64,000 nucleotides of DNA from Laetmonice hystrix (Eukaryota): contig OZ249442.1 of NCBI GenBank assembly GCA_965235115.1, positions 6,944,001 to 7,008,000 of the forward strand, given 5' to 3'. The translations under genes were made by a program, and so were the position numbers. Under the pieces are notes generated by a model that was not told where the DNA came from, ran no database searches, and saw nothing but the letters and a program-made list of their open reading frames with translations. How positions within the stretch are numbered: the stretch's first letter is position 1; the number at the start of each line of letters is the position of its first letter. Shown in pieces: positions 1 through 12,474 of this stretch.

Positions 1-10
1 CGGAAGCAAT

Positions 11-454
11 GGTTAAACATTGGAATGGTTGATTGATGTTAAACAATATGATTTATCATGGGTTAAACATTGGAATGGTTGATTGATGTTGAACAGTATG
101 ATTTATCATTGGTTAAACATTGGAATGGTTGATTGATGTTAAACAATATGATTTATCATTGGTTAAACATTGGAATGGTTGATTGATGTTAAACAATATG
201 ATTTATCATTGGTTAAACATTGGAATGGTTGATTGATGTTGAACAGTATGATTTATCATTGGTTAAACATTGGGATGGTTGATTGATGTTGAGCAATATG
301 ATTTATCATTGGTTAAACATTGGAATGGTTGATTGATGTTAAACAATATGATTTATCATGGGTTAAACATTGGAATGGTTGATTGATGTTAAACAATCTG
401 ATTTATCATTGGTTAAACATTGGAGTGGTTGATTGATGTTGAACAGTATGATTT
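11..454. repeat. Minisatellite, 50-bp unit (GGTTAAACATTGGAATGGTTGATTGATGTTAAACAATATGATTTATCATT), ~9 copies
   Basis: Unit recurs at 11, 61, 111, 161... Confidence 0.97.
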
Positions 455-557
455 GAACATATTGTGGTGTGCCAACTGGAATTATTGTCAGTATTTGGAT
501 GTTTACAATAACTGATCAGTCTATGTTAAAGATAAGTATGTAAGTTAATGGCACCTC

Positions 558-803
558 TCAGTGTGACTGCGCACGTCCTAAGGTAATTGTGAGAGTATTC
601 TGTCTGGCCAGCAGATATCTCTCAATGATCGGGTTATTAGCTCGTCTAGAGTCAGTCTCTCGGGCATATTTACAGTTAGAAGTACGGACAATTAGACGGT
701 ATGCATTTTGTTGTATCCTGGAGGACGTGCGATCTTTGGGCCCACTGTGAGCGCCATTACATTCAATGAATCTACTGTCCGGGTGACATTTATTATCAGG
801 AGC
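558..803 (-). CDS. Candidate terminal exon (APDNKCHPDSRFIEC...AYRLIVRTSNCKY...LGRAQSH*), unknown protein
   Basis: Acceptor cctgacaccgtacag| with CTGAC branch-like motif; 82 codons ending in TGA; phase 0 matches the 2905-3198 exon. Confidence 0.4.
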   Translation of the reverse strand, partial: APDNKCHPDSRFIECNGAHSGPKDRTSSRIQQNAYRLIVRTSNCKYARETDSRRANNPIIERYLLARQNTLTITLGRAQSH

Positions 804-1209
804 CTGTACGGTGTCAGGATTGTTTTCAAATGAAAAGTTTAGAGACACTAGTTTAATTACGAGGAAAGTTTCACTAAGCCAATATCCTTATTTTTCTCTC
901 TCGGAATTACGGAATCTTTGGGAACCGGAAATGCCGGATTTGCTACGTTTGACATACTACGACTTTATCTTATGTTCAATTGAAAACAAAAAATCTTCTG
1001 AACAAATTTGTGTTGTGAGATTTATAACATACATGTAATTATAACCTGTTTGCATGAACCTATCTCCTATACTATAAGTACGTAATTATTAGCATAGTTA
1101 TTTATTCCAATTGTCATTTACATTGCCATTTTCATCAATTTTCAAAAAGTGAGTTTTGCGCGCACAAAAACCTTATTAATTTTAGATCCCAATTGCTAGG
1201 GATATAAAT

Positions 1210-1520
1210 GGGCAAGATTGGCCCAGTGGTCGCAAGGTGCCCCTTCAGTATTTGATCTCGTCAAAAGATTGAAGGCGCATGCATGGCATTAAATGAAACG
1301 TGCGTCGTTTCCTTCTAGAAACCCATAAATTTGAGTTAAAATGAGTTCCAGAGAAAACTATCCTATTTATGGTTGACGTCTGCGAGATCTTACATGGTTG
1401 ATGTAAGAGAACCCCCTTGATCTCGTTACTGGTTGATGGTTCTTGCCGGAATATGTAATGAGCACGGTTTAATTACTACCGAGCCTCGGTCGGGGGTTGT
1501 CCGGCAGAGGGCGTGAGTCA
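1210..1520 (+). mobile_element. Possible degenerate SINE-like repeat
   Basis: A-box-like TGGCCCAGTGG near 1219; no clear B box; body only loosely SINE-like. Confidence 0.2.
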
Positions 1521-1890
1521 TACAAGTGGGTCAGCCAGTTCTCCTGTCTATGACGAGCGACAATGACCTCGAGTAGCAGCTGTGTTTCAGATTAAACATT
1601 AGTAGTGTAATTAAGATTATCACAATCAATCTGCAGTTGCTAATCTGTGTTTGGATTAGCGTGTAGAAAGGAGTGCTTTCCAGAGTCAGGAAGCCGAAGG
1701 GAAGTACATCAGTATCCTTCCAGTATAACCGGCGCTGATCAAGTAACATTGTTAACTAGCAGGTGGTTAAAAAACCTGTCAATTCAATGGACTTTGTGGT
1801 TGGCCCCCACCTGCTTCATGCATGCTGAAATCCGACATTTACATTGTGTCTGTGAGATAGCAGTCTTGTGACATTCACTGTTTCCGCTCT

Positions 1891-2390
1891 AACTTGTGAC
1901 GATTGTCGTTTAGTTGTCAGAGATTCCGTCTTTCTGCTGTAACTTGTGACGATTGTAGTTTAGTTGTCAGAGATTCCGTCTTTCCGCTGTAACTTGTGAC
2001 GAGTGTAGTTAGTTGTCAGAGATTCCGTCTTTCCGCTGTAACTTGTGACGATTGTCGTTTAGTTGTCAGAGATTCCGTCTTTCCGCTGTAACTTGTGACG
2101 ATTGTAGTTTAGTTGTCAGAGATTCCGTCTTTCCGCTGTAACTTGTGACGATTGTAGTTTAGTTGTCAGAGATTCCGTCTTTCCGCTGTAACTTGTGACG
2201 TTTGTCGTTTAGTTGTCAGAGATTCCGTCTTTCCGCTGTAACTTGTGACGATTGTAGTTTAGTTGTCAGAGATCCTCTTTCCGCTGTAACTTGTGACGAT
2301 TGTAGTTTAGTTGTCAGAGATTCCGTCTTTCCGTTGTAACTTGTGACGATTGTAGTTTAGTTGTCAGAGATTCCGTCTTTCCGTTGTAAC
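1891..2390. repeat. Minisatellite, 50-bp unit (AACTTGTGACGATTGTAGTTTAGTTGTCAGAGATTCCGTCTTTCCGCTGT), ~10 copies
   Basis: Unit recurs at 1891, 1941... Confidence 0.97.
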
Positions 2391-2904
2391 TAATTAGTGT
2401 GACTTTCCAAACCGACAGAGCTGATTGTATCTTTATGTACAAGTTTAATATATCAAACAACAAACAAGCGGCACAGGAATCGGGATTTAAAAAGCCCCCC
2501 CCCCCCCCCAAGAAAAAATAAGTAGGCCAGTAGACGTAGCAAAAAGTCTGCCGGATGGAAATAATGCCTTTTAATGGCAACTTTTAAGACAATCACAAAA
2601 AGTACGACTTTCACAGGTATATAAACCAAAAAAGAGAGTCCATGTTGAAAGCTAGAAGACTCAAACCATCCATTTAGTGTGTGGATGACGTGATGGCTTT
2701 GAGTTGTCCTTGCGTACATACGTCTCGCGCCTTTCACCAATCAATGGGACCTTTCAGAGGTCACTCATTTGTAAGACTTGATCATTGACTAGCCGCTTAA
2801 TTTACACATTGTTGTTTCCCATCTGTCATTGTCTGCAGGTTCGTCTTACCTTCTATTGATCTGACACAAAACATAACATCGGCACCTCGACGTTAGGGAA
2901 TTAC

Positions 2905-3198
2905 CTCTATGTTATGTGACGGAGCATTGCGTACATATGATAAAGTCTGGTTTCTGGCTCCATGTCCAAGCAGTAGATGTGAGACGAGGAGCAGGTTTGG
3001 GTATAAAGACAAGCAGAAGGTGTGGTAGCGCAGGCCTGTAGTCGGCGGGTAGTCAGTGGGGTGGCAGGTGGCCATGGGATAATGCATCAATCTGACGCAG
3101 ACCGGCAGCGGCCCTAGAGATTTGTCGCTGATTGGCGTGGGGAATTGTGTGAGCCCAACTGCACACGTGCACAGCTGGCTCGCTGTAATTCCATCACA
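2905..3198 (-). CDS. Candidate internal exon, 98 aa (CDGITASQLCTCAVGLTQFP...FCLSLYPNLLLVSHLLLG...APSHNIE)
   Basis: tttag| acceptor, GAG|gtaatt donor, 294 nt stop-free in one frame only, phase 0-0. Confidence 0.5.
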
Positions 3199-3542
3199 CT
3201 AAATACCATTAAATCTTGGCGAATCAATCCAGCACGGCCACAGTCTCTCCCATTGCCCGATTGTGTTTTCTATCTCCTGTGTATTGGAATGTTACCTCCA
3301 GACGTGACAACCCCTTGTAGCCCTTTTACTCATCATATTTCAGTAGGTTTGTAAAAAGACATATCACACGATGGTGTTACACCACAGCTTTGATACCGTG
3401 CTCCACAGTCAGGTCTGGTAAAACGAAACCAACTCCGATCGTGTTGTCGGCAGGAACATCTGGACACGGGCGGAGCGGGATAGCATGTCAAAGCTGGAGT
3501 CATTTTGTCCAGAGTCGTCAGAACGACACCAACGAATACGGG

Positions 3543-4256
3543 AACACAGGGACAGAAATATGTGCTAAGACCTGGCTGTGGGCAGGTTAATCTAACAAAC
3601 ATATATAGGGACAGAAATCTGTGCTAAGACCTGACTGTGGGCAGGTTAATCTAACAAACACAGGGACAGAAATCTGTGCTAAGACCTGGCTGTGGGCAGG
3701 TTAATCTAACAAACACAGGGACAGAAATCTGTGCCAAGACCTGGCTGTGGGCAAGTTAATCTAACAAACACAGGGACAGAAATCTGTGCTAAGACCTGGC
3801 TGTGGGCAGGTTAATCTAACAAACACAGGGACAGAAATCTGTGCTAAGACCTGGCTGTGGGCAGGTTAATCTAACAAACACAGGGACAGAAATCTGTGCT
3901 AAGACCTGGCTGTGGGCAGGTTAATCTAACAAACACAGGGACAGAAATCTGTGCTAAGACCTGGCTGTGGGCAGGTTAATCTAACAAACACAGGGACAGA
4001 AATCTGTGCTAAGACCTGGCTGTGGGCAGGTTAATCTAACAAACACAGGGAGAGAAATCTGTGCTAAGACCTGGCTGTGGGCAGGTTAATCTAACAAACA
4101 CAGGGACAGAAATCTGTGCCAAGACCTGACTGTGGGCAGGTTAATCTAACAAACACAGGGACAGAAATCTGTGCTAAGACCTGGCTGTGGGCAGGTTAAT
4201 CTAATAAAACACAGGGACAGAAATCTGTGCTAAGACCTGGCTGTGGGCAGGTTAAC
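3543..4256. repeat. Minisatellite, 55-bp unit (ACACAGGGACAGAAATCTGTGCTAAGACCTGGCTGTGGGCAGGTTAATCTAACAA), ~13 copies
   Basis: Period 55 (3661 to 3716). Confidence 0.97.
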
Positions 4257-4258
4257 TG

Positions 4259-5158
4259 CACTCTAAAAACAGATTGGTTAACAAAATAATTGGGTGCACA
4301 ATATTGGTTGTTTGAACCAAGCACCTTGATACTTTTGACCAATACAGTGCATTGGCAGCTAACCAATATGTTTGGTTTCAGTTTCAACCAATAAAACTTG
4401 GTCACTGATCAATCTCGCACACCCAGTCGACGGGCCTCGTGTTCCCTGAAGACCCTAGCCTGGTTCCCAGATCTATATTGACTGCTACGTATATCTGGTA
4501 GGCAGGGGACCAGTCTATGAACACCCCTCTAGATTCTTTGTTTACTTTCAACAATTTATTTATATAAGAAGTTAATTTTGTGTCTAGAACTCCTTGGTTT
4601 CTTTCGAGAAAAAATAATCAACCGAGGGGGGCTATCAGTAAACCCCCTCGCTAACACTCGGGGGTTTATTGATAGCAACACGGGGAAAAACAGTATTTTA
4701 ACCGTGTAAGATACAAGTTACAAGCGTGGCCGAATGGGCAGAGACGCAGACATATGATCAGGGCATCCACGGTTCGAATCCCAGCAGCAGCGCCAAAAAG
4801 GAACACGGATCTCGGAGTCAGTAACGACTCAACCATGCCGGCGATATCATGGCTAAAATAACATTGACATATCCACGTGGATTACTCTTTTAAATTACAT
4901 ACAGGGGTATTCCACGGGTCATATCCACGTGTATTCCACGGCAAATCCATGAGTTTTGCCTGCTGGGTATTAACCAAAATAATGGTTGTGATGACGTCGC
5001 ATATTGGTCAACAAACGACCAATCCACATTTGATTAATAGGGTAACGATATTGGATTGGTTATTTTGACCATGAGATCGATTGGACATATATCCATGCAG
5101 AAGATTGGTTGATTTTAACCAGGATCCTGGTTGTTTTAACCAATCTGTTTTTAGAGTG
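4259..5158. mobile_element. Non-autonomous CACTA/EnSpm-like DNA transposon, 900 bp
   Basis: Perfect 23-bp TIR CACTCTAAAAACAGATTGGTTAA; 2-bp TG flanks at 4257-58 and 5159-60; many subterminal TTGGTT/AACCAA motifs; no ORF. Confidence 0.8.
4722..4868 (+). mobile_element. tRNA-derived SINE (or tRNA pseudogene plus tail) nested in the CACTA-like element
   Basis: A box TGGCCGAATGG (4727), B box GGTTCGAATCC (4771), head ends CGCCA; degenerate stems. Confidence 0.7.
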
Positions 5159-5354
5159 TGGTATATCCTGAAAACACTGAACCCATACACTCCACCAACG
5201 TCTTCTCTCCCAGAATTAAAAACAATAATTAACGTCGTCATCGAAATATAATCGACATGACTAACAGGAAGATAACAATTGAAATTATTTTTAGACCCAA
5301 AAATTAATTTTAAAATATGAATGGATTGTCTGGTGCGTGTGGAATTGTTGAAGT

Positions 5355-6060
5355 TTGGAGTCAGTATCGGGAATCAAGTCTTACAGTGGTCCGGTTTGGA
5401 GTGAGTGTCGAGAATCAAGTCTTACAGTGGTCTGGTTTGGAGTGAGTGTCGAGAATCAAGTCTTACAGTGGTCCGGTTTGAATGCAGTGTGTCTAGCGCG
5501 GCTGAACTTTGGAGTCATTGTCGAGAATCAAGTTTTACAGCGGTCTGGTTTGGAGTGATTGTCGAGAATCAAGTCTTACAGCGGTCTAGTTTGGAGTGAG
5601 TGTCGAGAATCAAGTCTTACAGTGGTCTGGTTTGGAGTGAGTGTCGAGAATCAAGTCTTACAGCGGTCTGGTCTGGAGTGAGTGTCGAGAATCAAGTCTT
5701 ACAGCGGTCTGGTTTGGAGTGAGTGTCGAGAATCAAGTCTTACAGCGGTCCTGTTTGGAGTGAGTGTCGAGAATCAAGTCTTACAGCGGTCTGGTTTGGA
5801 GTGAGTGTCGAGAATCAAGTCTTATAGTGGTCTGGTTTGGAGTGAGTGTCGAGAATCAAGTCTTACAGTGGTCTGGTTTGGAGTGAGTGTCGAGAATCAA
5901 GTCTTACAGTGGTCTGGTTTGGAGTGAGTGTCGAGAATCAAGTCTTACAGTGGTCTGGTTTGGAGTGAGTCGAGAATCAAGTCTTACAGTGGTCTGGTTT
6001 GGAGTGAGTGTCGAGAATTAAGTCTTACAGCGGTCCGGGTTGAATGCAGTGTGTCTAGCG
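5355..6060. repeat. Minisatellite, 41-bp unit (GAGTGAGTGTCGAGAATCAAGTCTTACAGTGGTCTGGTTTG), ~17 copies
   Basis: Period 41 (5401 to 5442). Confidence 0.96.
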
Positions 6061-6325
6061 GGCCTTTCCTGGGGGTCGTTAATAGCGTAGATTGTGTACC
6101 GAGGGGGTGGGGGTGGGGCTCGGCCCGCTGGGCTGCGCGGAGTAGTATGCTGCCAGTGCTGCGGTCTCTCAAACCTGATTACACCCCTCCTCGGCTGTGT
6201 TCTTCCTCACCTGCCCGGCTGGTTGATGGTCCCAGACAGCTCCACGGCCATGTGGTCAGACTTTCCGGCCAAAGTGCACTATCTCCACATACATCCAAAT
6301 ACAGAACATAGCCTTCCAAACTTAC

Positions 6326-6526
6326 TACACATTGCTGGCCGTCGTTACGGACACTACTGGAGGAGTCGATGATTGGGTCATCGTCTGTACTGTAGTCTGC
6401 TTGCCCTTCCAGTTCCTTGGATTGGCCGAGGGGAAGACTTCCCTTCCAGTTTAGAGGGGGGGGGGGACCTTTCTTCCCTTGAAAATGTCGTATCAATGAC
6501 GACTCTTTGTCGCCGTGTGTGTCAGT
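6326..6526 (-). CDS. Candidate internal exon, 67 aa (TDTHGDKESSLIRHFQG...DYSTDDDPIIDSSSSVRNDGQQCV)
   Basis: Strong acceptor ttcctattgttccttgtcag|, donor GTA|gtaagt, 201 nt in frame; alternative donor at 6211 (cag|gtgagg). Confidence 0.5.
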
Positions 6527-6894
6527 CTGACAAGGAACAATAGGAAGCAGGATGGCAGTCAGTAATTGGATTTCGGGTGTTTGGAATCGTTGGAAGTTTA
6601 AAAAGGTCACGATTTCCGTACAAAGTCATACTAGATTGCTTTGCACCGGAGCCACATTGATGCCCTCCGTCTATTGAGGGATTGGATTGTTCAAAGTTAG
6701 TCATAATTGGGGGATTGGATTGTTCAAAGTTAGTCGTAATTGGGGGATGGGATTTTTCAAAGTTAACCACTTTGGTTGTTCGATGTAGGAACACTGCGGT
6801 AAGAACAGCAGACTTGAGATAGCAATCACTGTGTGTGGGGCAGTGCTTTAATACAGGGGCCGACCCTGGGGGGGGGGGGGGGGCTTGCAGTGTT

Positions 6895-8165
6895 ACTATG
6901 GGAAGGACATACAATATTATACCGTGTGAAAGACAATAATGTTATACTTTGGGAAGGACATACATTGGTATACTGTGGGAAGGACATACAGTGTTATACT
7001 GTGGGAAGGACATACATTGTTATACTGTGGGAAGGACATACATTGTTATACTTTGGGAAGGACATACATTGTTATACTGTGGGAAGGACGTAGGCCTACA
7101 TTGTTATACTGTGGGAAGGACATACAGTGTTATACTGTGGGAAGGACATACAGTGTTATACTGTGGGAAGGACATACAGTGGTATACTGTGGGAAGGACA
7201 TACAGTGGTATACTGTGGGAAGGACATATACATTGTTATACTGTGGGAAGGACATACAGTGGTATACTGTGGGAAGGACATACATTGTTATACTGTGGGA
7301 AGGACATACATTGTTATACTGTGGGAAGGACATAGGCCTACATTGTTATACTGTGGGAAGGACATACAGTGTTATACTGTGGGAAGGACATACATTGTTA
7401 TACTGTGGGAAGGACATACATTGTTATACTGTGGGAAGGACATACATTGTTATACTGTGGGAAGGACATAGGCCTACATTGTTATACTGTGGGAAGGACA
7501 TACAGTGGTATACTGTGGGAAGGACATACATTGTTATACTGTGGGAAGGACATACAGTGGTATACTGTGGGAAGGACATACATTGTTATACTGTGGGAAG
7601 GACATACAGTGGTATACTGTGGGAAGGACATACATTGTTATACTGTGGGAAGGACATACAGTGGTATACTGTGGGAAGGACATACAGTGTTCTACTGTGG
7701 GAAGGACATATATATTGTGGGAAGGACATACAGTGTTATACTGTGGGAAGGACATACATTGTTATACTGTGGGAAGGACATACAGTGGTATACTGTGGGA
7801 AGGACATACAGTGTTCTACTGTGGGAAGGACATACAGTGGTATACTGTGGGAAGGACATAATACATTGTTATCCTGTGGGAAGGACATACAGTGTTATAC
7901 TGTGGGAAGGACATACATTGTTATACTGTGGGAAGGACATACATTGTTATACTGTGGGAAGGACATACAGTGGTATACTGTGGGAAGGACGTACAGTGTT
8001 CTACTGTGGGAAGGACATATATATTGTGGGAAGGACATACAGTGGTATACTGTGGCAAGGACATGCAGTGTTATACTGTGGCAAGGACATACAGTGGTAT
8101 ACTGTGGGAAGGACATACAGTGTTCTACTGTGGGAAGGACATACAGTGTTATACTGTGAGAAGGA
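6895..8165. repeat. Minisatellite, 26-bp unit (CTGTGGGAAGGACATACATTGTTATA), ~48 copies
   Basis: 26-aa periodicity across all three + frames. Confidence 0.97.
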
Positions 8166-8237
8166 CAGTGACTCTCAGAGACGGTGACTGTGGTGTCGGT
8201 ACGGAGCCTCACACCCTGGTTTCACGTGGCAGCGTAC

Positions 8238-8355
8238 CAAGTTCATGCCACCCAGCCATCATGCGTGCCGCCGCACACAATGATGTCAATGTTGACCCAA
8301 ACTGATCATGTCCTGTTGAATGTACCTGGTGCCACACCTGATCTACACTTCGTGT
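8238..8355 (-). CDS. Candidate exon (TRSVDQVWHQVHSTGHDQFGSTLTSLCAAARMMAGWHEL)
   Basis: Acceptor ctgctgcttgctcacag|, donor G|gtacgc, open frame. Confidence 0.4.
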
Positions 8356-9145
8356 CTGTGAGCAAGCAGCAGTCACACCGACTCATGTTGGACAATATTT
8401 ACACATTTTGGCCCATTACTGGACACGATCACTTCCATTAAGCTCAAGTAATACGTGTGCTCTGGCTGCTGGTACTCATTTTACGATTGCAGGTTTAACG
8501 ATCGAGTAATGTGGAAACCTGTCTTCTTTAACAGCTACGGCAAAGGGAGATTCCATGTGGATACAGTGTGACGACCTTCAGTGTTCTCTGAAAGGGGTTC
8601 TCACAGATACATGTAACAATAACGTGTGGGGAGATGGATCGGGAGACAAGGCGAGGGGTGTGGTGGATGGAGGCGAGGGGAGGTGGGGAGGGGTGGGGGT
8701 GGGGGGGGGGGGGTAGGATTCACATAAATAAGTAGACTGAGAATTATTCTTGAGTTCGTATTCCGGAAGGTCATAGAATTTGATAATTATTGTTTAGTCA
8801 GCAATAAGGTACAGAGATCCATCTTTGGATAACTTATATTTTATTCTTTTGCTTGGTTGGTGACCTTTATGTTGTTCTAACACATTTGTAAACATGACTT
8901 AGAATCAAGAAAAACACCACACGATTGCTGCTCTCTTTATCTTCTCACATTGTAGAAAAGTTCAAGTGGTTGCACCCCTAAATTGACTATGGACATTTCT
9001 CCACTATTGGAGTGTGAGTATACCAACCCCCAGGTGTCATATATAGGAACACGGTGACAGAGGTCCTCCTGTGACAACACTTGGTACGGAGGGTCCGACT
9101 GAGCTGGTGACATCTGTGTGAGGAGAGCGCTGCACTGGTAATGTT

Positions 9146-9273
9146 ACGTCGTAATTAACACCAGCTGTGTGGAGATCGGTCTGCACACAGATGGTGCTGC
9201 CCTCTGGTGCCCGCCAGGTGGCGTCTCGAGTCCCAGACATCAGTGAGGTATCATTGACCTTGCCTGCACGCTG
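9146..9273 (-). CDS. Candidate exon (RAGKVNDTSLMSGTRDATWRAPEGSTICVQTDLHTAGVNYD); boundaries approximate
   Basis: Inside ORF 9037-9303; C/G-ending codon bias; possible donor GAC|gtaaca. Confidence 0.3.
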
Positions 9274-10961
9274 AACACCGGCGCCAATATTCTCAGTGAT
9301 CATGAGAATTTGTCTTAATGATGTAATTGACTTGTTTGAGTTAGAGTTAACGTGGTTTTAATGGACTGGTATTTCCATTAGTTATAGGAGGCAAGGACTA
9401 GATCTATCGGCATGTTTGACCTTGAAACTTTCGGGATTTACTCATTTGTCTTTTTTTTGTCTGTGACCATGTGTGTTTGAGATATAAATTCTGAATGCAC
9501 TCGTGTTAAGACAGTTGTCCATCACAATAAGCAGATGGCCAGGAAGCATGTATTTGACAGTTCAGACGATCGTGCCTGTTTTCCTCCCGTATATTGTATG
9601 AATGTATGAGAGGTACCAGACTGAGTTTCGAGCCACCACTGAGAGGTACAAAAACAAAATGTCGCCTGACGCTGTCGGACGACTGTTCACTATAATGGGG
9701 ACTGGAATCTGTGACTACTCTGGTTGTGAATGACTGTTGTATATAATAGTTACATGAACATCTGTCTTCACTTCTCCACCCAGTTCAATTACGTCATTAG
9801 GGGGAGCTGGCCCCAGATGGCCAACTGCTGGAAGCAGCCATGGTTTCGTATTTAACTACGACGTTTCATTACGTCTGCCCCGTTGTTACCTCAGCCTGGT
9901 GTCTTGATGTGATTAATGGTGGCCTACTTCTCTGCCTCAACACGGTAACAATTAATGAACGCTTTCAACGTGTCAAAATTCGGTCCTCATTTCTAACTAG
10001 GACCGTGAGCTGATCGAGAAATTGAGGGGGGAGGGGGTGCTTTCGAGACAATATGAAATAGCGGAAGTCTAGGTAGGGGGCATGGGGCATTTTTTTGAAC
10101 TAAAGGATTAAAAGATTTCCGGCAGTCTTGGGGCAACTCAAGGTTGTCTTATGTGGCTTGCATGGTCATTTATAAAAGTTCTTTAATACAGATCTTGACC
10201 AGGCGGACGTACCCCCCCCCGACTGATACTTACTGAATACAATGATCATAGGTTGAGGTTGCCTACTGCAGTGTTTTGACACTATCGTTGTAGGAGTCAT
10301 GAAGTGATCGATAATCGAAACGATGATGATGTTTAAACATCGTTTACGTGTCGGTTGACTTGATTCATCTGACATAGTTTTTGGTTAAAACGGAAACCAT
10401 TAGCTATGGTTGAAAGGAAATCATCTGGAAGTCACCGTGAAATACATCCGGCCGAGATGACCTTTAGAGGTCATCCTATCTGAGACCTACGTCAGCGTCG
10501 CCTCATGTTCCGATGATACCAGCTCATAATTCTCCGATTGCCTGGCGCAGCTGAAGGTCAGAAGTCAGCCAAGAAGTCGAGCATCACAATGCAATTTACC
10601 AATCAGCTTCCAACGATTGTGGTGGGACCAACAAAAAGACTGGCATTAACTGAGATGGATGACCCAGTGGGTGTGACTGAAGTACGTCTCGGTCATTCCG
10701 ACACCAACCATCTTAGTGTTGAGTACCAGTCGGCCAGCGATTACTGTCGGGACTATAAACTTCCAGAGTAAGAGTTACTGACGACCAATGTGAGGCGTTA
10801 TTTTTTTTATATAATAGATGTACGTGTATAACATATAGTTCCATCTATCTTCTCGTAACCCGACCTTACTGTAAAAAAACGACTTAAGAAAATCTCGCCT
10901 GTTAATCCCGCAGCCATTGAAACCTTTGAGTTGTAGGAGAAGATATATTTTATTTGTGCAG

Positions 10962-11032
10962 GCTGTGCTGATTCGACCCGGGTCAGACTTCCTACAACTG
11001 TGGAGCGCCTCCGTCTCCGCCCTCATCATGAG
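10962..11032 (+). CDS. Candidate + strand exon (AVLIRPGSDFLQLWSASVSALIMR)
   Basis: tttatttgtgcag| acceptor and GAG|gtgggt donor; lies head-on to a minus-strand candidate. Confidence 0.25.
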
Positions 11033-11043
11033 GTGGGTTATAC

Positions 11044-11214
11044 ATTCCATCCTTGAGGGTAGCCGGGAGAGTAGTTCCGGGTCTGACCGGCAGGGAGAGC
11101 TGTGAGCCAACCGGGCCATGTATCTCTCTCGTGGCTGGCGAAGATCGTGTCCATCTTGGCTGATTGTGGGTCCTCCGTGACCCCACCAACGACCCTTTGG
11201 TCGACCAGCGACCT
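11044..11214 (-). CDS. Candidate exon, 57 aa (RSLVDQRVVGGVTEDPQSAKMDTIFASHERDTWPGWLTALPAGQTRNYSPGYPQGWN)
   Basis: acgccag| acceptor, strong C-ending codon bias; donors at 11044 (gtataa) or 11088 (gtcaga). Confidence 0.45.
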
Positions 11215-12474
11215 CTGGCGTGTAATTTGGGAGGTGAGGTAATGCTCTGTCGGGACTGTGGTCGTGTCATTGCGAGTTTGGTATTGAATTCTGATTGGGT
11301 TTTATTGGGTCGAGTCTAAGAGTACCTGGTTATTTGTAATCCCGTCAGGTGTACGATCAAGCAGGCCGATAGTAACGAGTTATCTCAACAGTTTCACCAT
11401 TGCCCTCTGGGGACATATAGAGAGAATAACTCAAGGAATCAATAGTCTTGTACATTGTCTTGTAGATAATGGCAGATAACGGAGATCCGTCAGTCATGAT
11501 CATAGTGTTTATATTGGTCCTGTGGCCAGCGTTGTAACCATGGTGATGGGCTGCCGTGACCATTGACGTCTATTATATACAGGGGTAAGACCAAATGTAG
11601 GCCTATTTTTATGACTTGGCTTTGGCGATGCTAAATATCTGGTACAACTCGACCTTCCTCCTGAGACTAAGCCCACTTTGTATATACTACTTACTACTAG
11701 CCAGGCAGACCCTCACTTGTGGCTTTCCTGGTTGTTTGGAATCATACGAATTTACTCGGTAATTATTACCCACGTTATAAACAGCTGCTGCCTTGTAAAA
11801 CAGATTTAAGGAGACAACCATGTGCGATAGATTTTACTTCGACTAAGAATGGGAGATATATGCCAATGGCAGGCCATTGTTTGGGCTAATCGGTTAGGAG
11901 GGAATTTTATCACCAAAACGCTGAGACAACAACAAAAGAATGGACTTAGAATTTCGGCACATTCTAGATATTGTGATGTGAGTACCAGACATTTGAGATA
12001 CTTACCCTCCTAGCAAAGCTAATGTTCAGATTTACTGTCTACGTAATATTTTGTTTGGTTCTCGAAGAGTGTTTATCGGTTGCGATGGCTGTGGTTGTTC
12101 TCACACCTGATCGACCGCGCTTGCTTGCACACACAAACTTGCTTCTTTCCATTTCCTCCAGTGCTCCCCGCTGGGTTAACTAGAGGGTGAGGACGTTTGT
12201 GGGGAGTAGGCCTGGAGTTGGGGCCTGGAAGAACAGACCCAGGAGGTAGAGAGGTTGTCAGGTCTAACGGTCCATCCTAACATTGACACATTTATCAACG
12301 ATCTGTCGGGACCAGACAGTCCACGTGGTGCCCTGATAACACTGCATGGTTTGAAGGTATTGCAGCGCCCTCTGTGGATAGTCCCAGCGTACCAGTTCCA
12401 TTACCCTGGAAAGACTCAGCCCACCTGATACTGCGCTGGGACCAGCAGGGGCCCGCCCCCCCCGCTTACCTCAC

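Noticed and set aside
558-803. Polycystin GPS-like motif (YRLIVRTSNCKY)
   Set aside because: Lacks the conserved Trp residues and the downstream CxCxHLT.
4722-4797. Functional tRNA gene
   Set aside because: Acceptor and anticodon stems do not pair well and it continues into a SINE-like body inside a transposon.
6939-8187. 406-aa and 272-aa ORFs (YCGKDIHCYTVGRT repeats)
   Set aside because: The 26-bp unit is not a multiple of 3, so the same peptide cycles through all frames; repeat artefact.
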